From Candidatus Omnitrophota bacterium (GTDB taxonomy: Bacteria; Omnitrophota; Gorgyraeia; Zapsychrales; Zapsychraceae): a stretch of DNA of 64,000 nucleotides. Below the pieces are notes generated by a model that searched no databases, had not been told where the DNA came from, and saw only the letters and a program-made list of their open reading frames with translations. Positions within the stretch are counted from its first letter, which is position 1; each line of letters begins with the position of its first letter. Shown here piece by piece: positions 61,473 through 64,000 of this stretch. The stretch is taken from assembly GCA_016212005.1 (NCBI GenBank), contig JACRHP010000043.1:99-64098 (forward strand), written 5' to 3'. Position numbers and translations under genes: made by a program.

Positions 61473-62072
61473 ATGAAAGCCGTTCAAGAACGAAGCCAAA
61501 AAACCCGTTCGAATATCATTCAAGCCGCCTTTGATCTGTTTCATGAACAGGGTGTTAATGCCACGAGCGTGGATGAAATCCTGAAGGAATCGGGGGCGGG
61601 AAAGAGCCAGTTTTATCATTATTTCAAGAGTAAAGATGACTTGATCCATGAAGTTGTAAAAAGTTTTTCTGAAAAGCTCCGCAGCAAGAAGCTTCCCGTC
61701 AAATATGACATCGAATCCTGGGACGATCTGGAGCAGTGGTTTTATTTCTTTGTTAATTTTCAGAAATCTGTCCATTGCGAGCGCGGCTGTCCGATGGCAA
61801 CGATCGGCTATGAATTGACCAATGACCAGGAATTGATCCGCCAGGATATTAATCTTATTTTTGAATTTACAAAAAATTCTCTTTCAAGGTTCTTCCATGG
61901 CCTTAAAGCCAAGGGCAAGCTGAAGAAATCGGCTGATCCAGACGCCTTGGCCGACTTTTGTTTCTCGATCATGCAGGGGGGAATGATCACAGCGAAAATC
62001 AAGAAAGAGACGACTCCTTTTGAGAATGCCGTCCACCATGCCATAATCTATCTGAAGTCCCTTACAAGATAA
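61473..62072 (+). CDS. TetR/AcrR family transcriptional regulator
   Basis: N-terminal HTH (RSNIIQAAFDLFHEQGVNATSVDEILKESGAGKSQFYHYF) and a helical C-terminal ligand domain. Confidence 0.8.
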   Translation: MKAVQERSQKTRSNIIQAAFDLFHEQGVNATSVDEILKESGAGKSQFYHYFKSKDDLIHEVVKSFSEKLRSKKLPVKYDIESWDDLEQWFYFFVNFQKSVHCERGCPMATIGYELTNDQELIRQDINLIFEFTKNSLSRFFHGLKAKGKLKKSADPDALADFCFSIMQGGMITAKIKKETTPFENAVHHAIIYLKSLTR

Positions 62073-62085
62073 TTCTTGTTGCGGG

Positions 62086-62146
62086 TTTAAATTTGCTTAA
62101 CAAAATGTACTGATTAGTATATATTTTCGGTAAGTACAAATTTAAA
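62086..62146. promoter_or_regulatory. Inverted repeat in the tetR-GST intergenic region (candidate TetR operator/promoter)
   Basis: GTTTAAATTTG (62086-62096) and CAAATTTAAAC (62136-62146) are perfect reverse complements. An inner TGTAC/GTACA pair is present, and the enclosed sequence contains tagtatatat (-10-like). Confidence 0.4.
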
Positions 62147-62172
62147 CAAACCCAAGAATAAAGGAGGATGTG

Positions 62173-62826
62173 ATGATCAAACTTTACGGAGTTGGGATTT
62201 CTTTCAATGTCAACAAGGTGCGTTATTGCCTGAACTATCTCAATCTAAAGTATGATTGGGTGCAGACCAATCCCATGCAGGGTGAAAATCAGAAACCGGA
62301 ATATTTGGAGATATGCCCTACAGGAAAAATTCCTGCCATGGAGATCGATGGGCTGAAATTATTTGAAAGCAATGCGATCAATAAGTATCTGGCCACGACC
62401 AACAATTCGCCGATTTATCCGCAGGATGCCCAAAAGCGGGCCGTTGTCGATGCCTGGATGGACTATACGGCTATCCATGTCGCTGCCGCCGTGGGGCGTG
62501 TCTTTTTTAACCGGGTCGTGGCGCCGATGCTCGGCCAAAAGGTTGATGGAGCTTCCCTGCAGGTGGGCCTGGAGTTCCTGGATAAATATTTCCCAATTCT
62601 TGAGAAGCAGTTGTCCCAAAATACATATTTGGCCGGGACGGAATTCAGTTTGGCCGACATCAACTTGCTGGCCGTGCTCGACCCCTGCGAGCTGGCCCAG
62701 ATCAGCTTGGCGAAATATCCCTCCATCACGAAATGGCGAAACGGCTTGAGATCCCAGAACTTTTACCAAAAATGTTATAAGGATTACACCCAATTTGTTC
62801 AAGAGGCCATGAGCGCGAAGGCGTGA
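62173..62826 (+). CDS. Glutathione S-transferase
   Basis: N-terminal thioredoxin-like fold (KIPAMEIDGLKLFESNAINKYL) and a C-terminal helical domain (FSLADINLLAVL). Confidence 0.8.
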   Translation: MIKLYGVGISFNVNKVRYCLNYLNLKYDWVQTNPMQGENQKPEYLEICPTGKIPAMEIDGLKLFESNAINKYLATTNNSPIYPQDAQKRAVVDAWMDYTAIHVAAAVGRVFFNRVVAPMLGQKVDGASLQVGLEFLDKYFPILEKQLSQNTYLAGTEFSLADINLLAVLDPCELAQISLAKYPSITKWRNGLRSQNFYQKCYKDYTQFVQEAMSAKA

Positions 62827-62854
62827 GCATAGGAGAGTGGTAGAACGTGGATTA

Positions 62855-63238
62855 ATGGCTAAAGAATATCTCGAACAATTGTCCTCTTATATGAAGGAGG
62901 CAATTTCAGGCAGATCTAAAAATGTTAAGTTGGAGTGCAAACATTTCTTCAGTGGGGCGGCCGTGTATGCGAATGGGAAAATTTGTATGTCGTGGACTCC
63001 GGCCGGCTTCGCCATAAAGCTGCCCGAAGAATTACGAATAATTTTACTGAAACAAAAAGGTACAAAACCTCTTCGATATTTTCCTAAAGGGCCGATCAAG
63101 AAAGATTACGTCATCTTGTCAAAAACCATCTTGAACGACGTAAAGATTTTACGGCATTGGATAAAACTCTGTATTGAACACGTGGCTTCACTGCCGGACC
63201 CTGTCCGGAAAAAATCAAGTGATCCGGGAGCCGCATAA
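62855..63238 (+). CDS. TfoX N-terminal domain protein
   Basis: CKHFFSGAAVYANGKICMSW...GFAIKL pattern of TfoX_N. ATG at 62855 within listed ORF 62837-63238. Confidence 0.65.
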   Translation: MAKEYLEQLSSYMKEAISGRSKNVKLECKHFFSGAAVYANGKICMSWTPAGFAIKLPEELRIILLKQKGTKPLRYFPKGPIKKDYVILSKTILNDVKILRHWIKLCIEHVASLPDPVRKKSSDPGAA

Positions 63239-63447
63239 CACGACGCTCAACCGGATCTGGGGGATGCTACGCGTCCTCTCGACCGATTACGCGAGTGTTG
63301 AGCGGCAAGAAAGGAACACCGATGGCCGACAGAAAATGCGCGCATGCCGATCTTCCGCCGACGGGAGTGTCGTGTCCAAGTTGCAAACAAGGCGCGCTGG
63401 AAGTCGCGAGAGGACGTTTGGGCCCGATTTCAACAACGGAGAAAAAT

Positions 63448-63684
63448 ATGAAGACAATGACCTGCAAACAGCTTGGTGGTGCTTGTGACAAGCAATTTCA
63501 TGCAACCTCATTTGACGAGATTGCTGGAATGAGCAAACAACATGCCATGGAAATGTTTCAGAAAAAGGATACTGCGCATCTTAAAGCCATGAATGAAATG
63601 CAAGAGCTTATGAAGAAACCGGAAGCAATGAAAGAATGGTTTGAGAACAAAAAGAAGGAATTTGAGGCATTACCCGAGAAATAA
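63448..63684 (+). CDS. DUF1059 domain protein
   Basis: ATG 63448 (MKTMTCKQLGGACD...), the typical DUF1059 N-terminus, about 78 aa. The upstream part of listed ORF 63295-63684 is not conserved-looking. Confidence 0.65.
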   Translation: MKTMTCKQLGGACDKQFHATSFDEIAGMSKQHAMEMFQKKDTAHLKAMNEMQELMKKPEAMKEWFENKKKEFEALPEK

Positions 63685-63717
63685 AAATGGCGGTAATGTC
63701 GCGAACCAGCAACACAC

Positions 63718-63800
63718 CTAACAACGCCATCAACGCGGACAGTAAAAAGCGGTGCGCCTTCGTTGCCCCGCTTTTCACTGCCGGTTATGGCGAACGTTAT
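63718..63800. repeat. REP-like nested palindromic element downstream of the DUF1059 gene
   Basis: Inner stem AGTAAAAAGCGG (63741-63752) pairs with CCGCTTTTCACT (63768-63779), 11 of 12 paired. Outer arms are CTAACAACGCCAT (63718-63730) and ATGGCGAACGTTAT (63787-63800). Confidence 0.5.
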
Positions 63801-63840
63801 ATTTCTTTGGCATCAACGGTGGCGACACAAAAATTGGAGA

Positions 63841-64000
63841 ATGAAGATGTGGGATGAAAGACATAGTTCAGAAGAGTATGCATATGGCACAACTCCAAAC
63901 GAATTTTTGGTAGAGAAAGTCAGCTGTATTCCAAGAGGCAAAGTTCTTAGCCTAGCTGAAGGGGAAGGACGGAATGCCGTTTTCCTTGCGAAACAGGGCT
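63841..64000 (+). CDS. Class I SAM-dependent methyltransferase (TehB-like), 3' end outside window
   Basis: MKMWDERHSSEEYAYGTTPNEFL...KVLSLAEGEGRNAVFLAKQG includes the SAM-binding motif I region (E-G-x-G-R-N). The ORF is open to the window end. Confidence 0.6.
   Translation, partial: MKMWDERHSSEEYAYGTTPNEFLVEKVSCIPRGKVLSLAEGEGRNAVFLAKQG

Noticed and set aside
1-64000. tRNA, rRNA, tmRNA or RNase P genes
   Set aside because: The intergenic regions are short. I inspected those over 100 nt (8909-9040, 18434-18822, 21856-21963, 38520-38797, 46062-46201, 47848-48063, 50564-50701, 55794-55934). None showed cloverleaf-type nested stems or conserved rRNA strings. A tRNAscan/Infernal run would be the formal test.

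Overview
This is a 64-kb, gene-dense fragment from what looks like an uncultivated diderm bacterium (Mla system and many lipobox lipoproteins present). Almost every gene is on the + strand. I found no rRNA, tRNA or CRISPR array. The composition is visibly mosaic. My GC estimates come from spot counts of single 60-nt lines, not from a computed profile. (i) 1-18.75 kb is AT-rich (about 40% GC). It is one long co-directional arsenic/mercury/thiol-redox supercluster. It contains a complete arsenosugar-type set: DUF547, a GT-C-like membrane protein, TIGR04283-like and TIGR04282-like transferases, ArsM, a PiT transporter, radical-SAM ArsS and a fatty-acid-hydroxylase-like protein. It then continues with a MerT-HMA fusion, a MerA-like flavoprotein, TVP38, a second TIGR04283-like GT2, a DsrE-like protein, DsbD, a DUF255 thioredoxin-domain protein and ArsC. 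(ii) 18.8-61.06 kb is a GC-rich housekeeping core (mntH, trxA, panD, def, lipA, mlaEFD, mscS, greA, rlmB-like, ABC-F, pseudouridine synthase and others). (iii) That core is interrupted at about 38.5-49.3 kb by a defence island. The island holds remnants of a DEDD exonuclease and of DinD, and a type I R-M system (hsdR, an ORF6N gene, and hsdM fused to a single-TRD half hsdS). The hsdM part carries an in-frame DUF559 endonuclease element with about 36-nt terminal inverted repeats. An abruptly AT-rich three-gene cassette follows (nuclease-like/helical-repeat protein, HipA-like kinase, DUF3037), start-stop coupled to the R-M operon, and then RadC and a ParE-type TA pair. (iv) 61.06-64 kb is an AT-rich accessory tail (TetR, GST, TfoX-N, DUF1059, partial SAM methyltransferase). 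My best candidate for an undescribed system is the 44.68-47.85 kb cassette. Other unusual signals are the in-frame DUF559 element, a dispersed family of period-7 tandem-repeat hairpins at gene boundaries, and small TTCGAC...GTCGAAGGG elements, one of them inside a coding region. All functional calls rest on motif recognition by eye in the supplied translations; I ran no database search.
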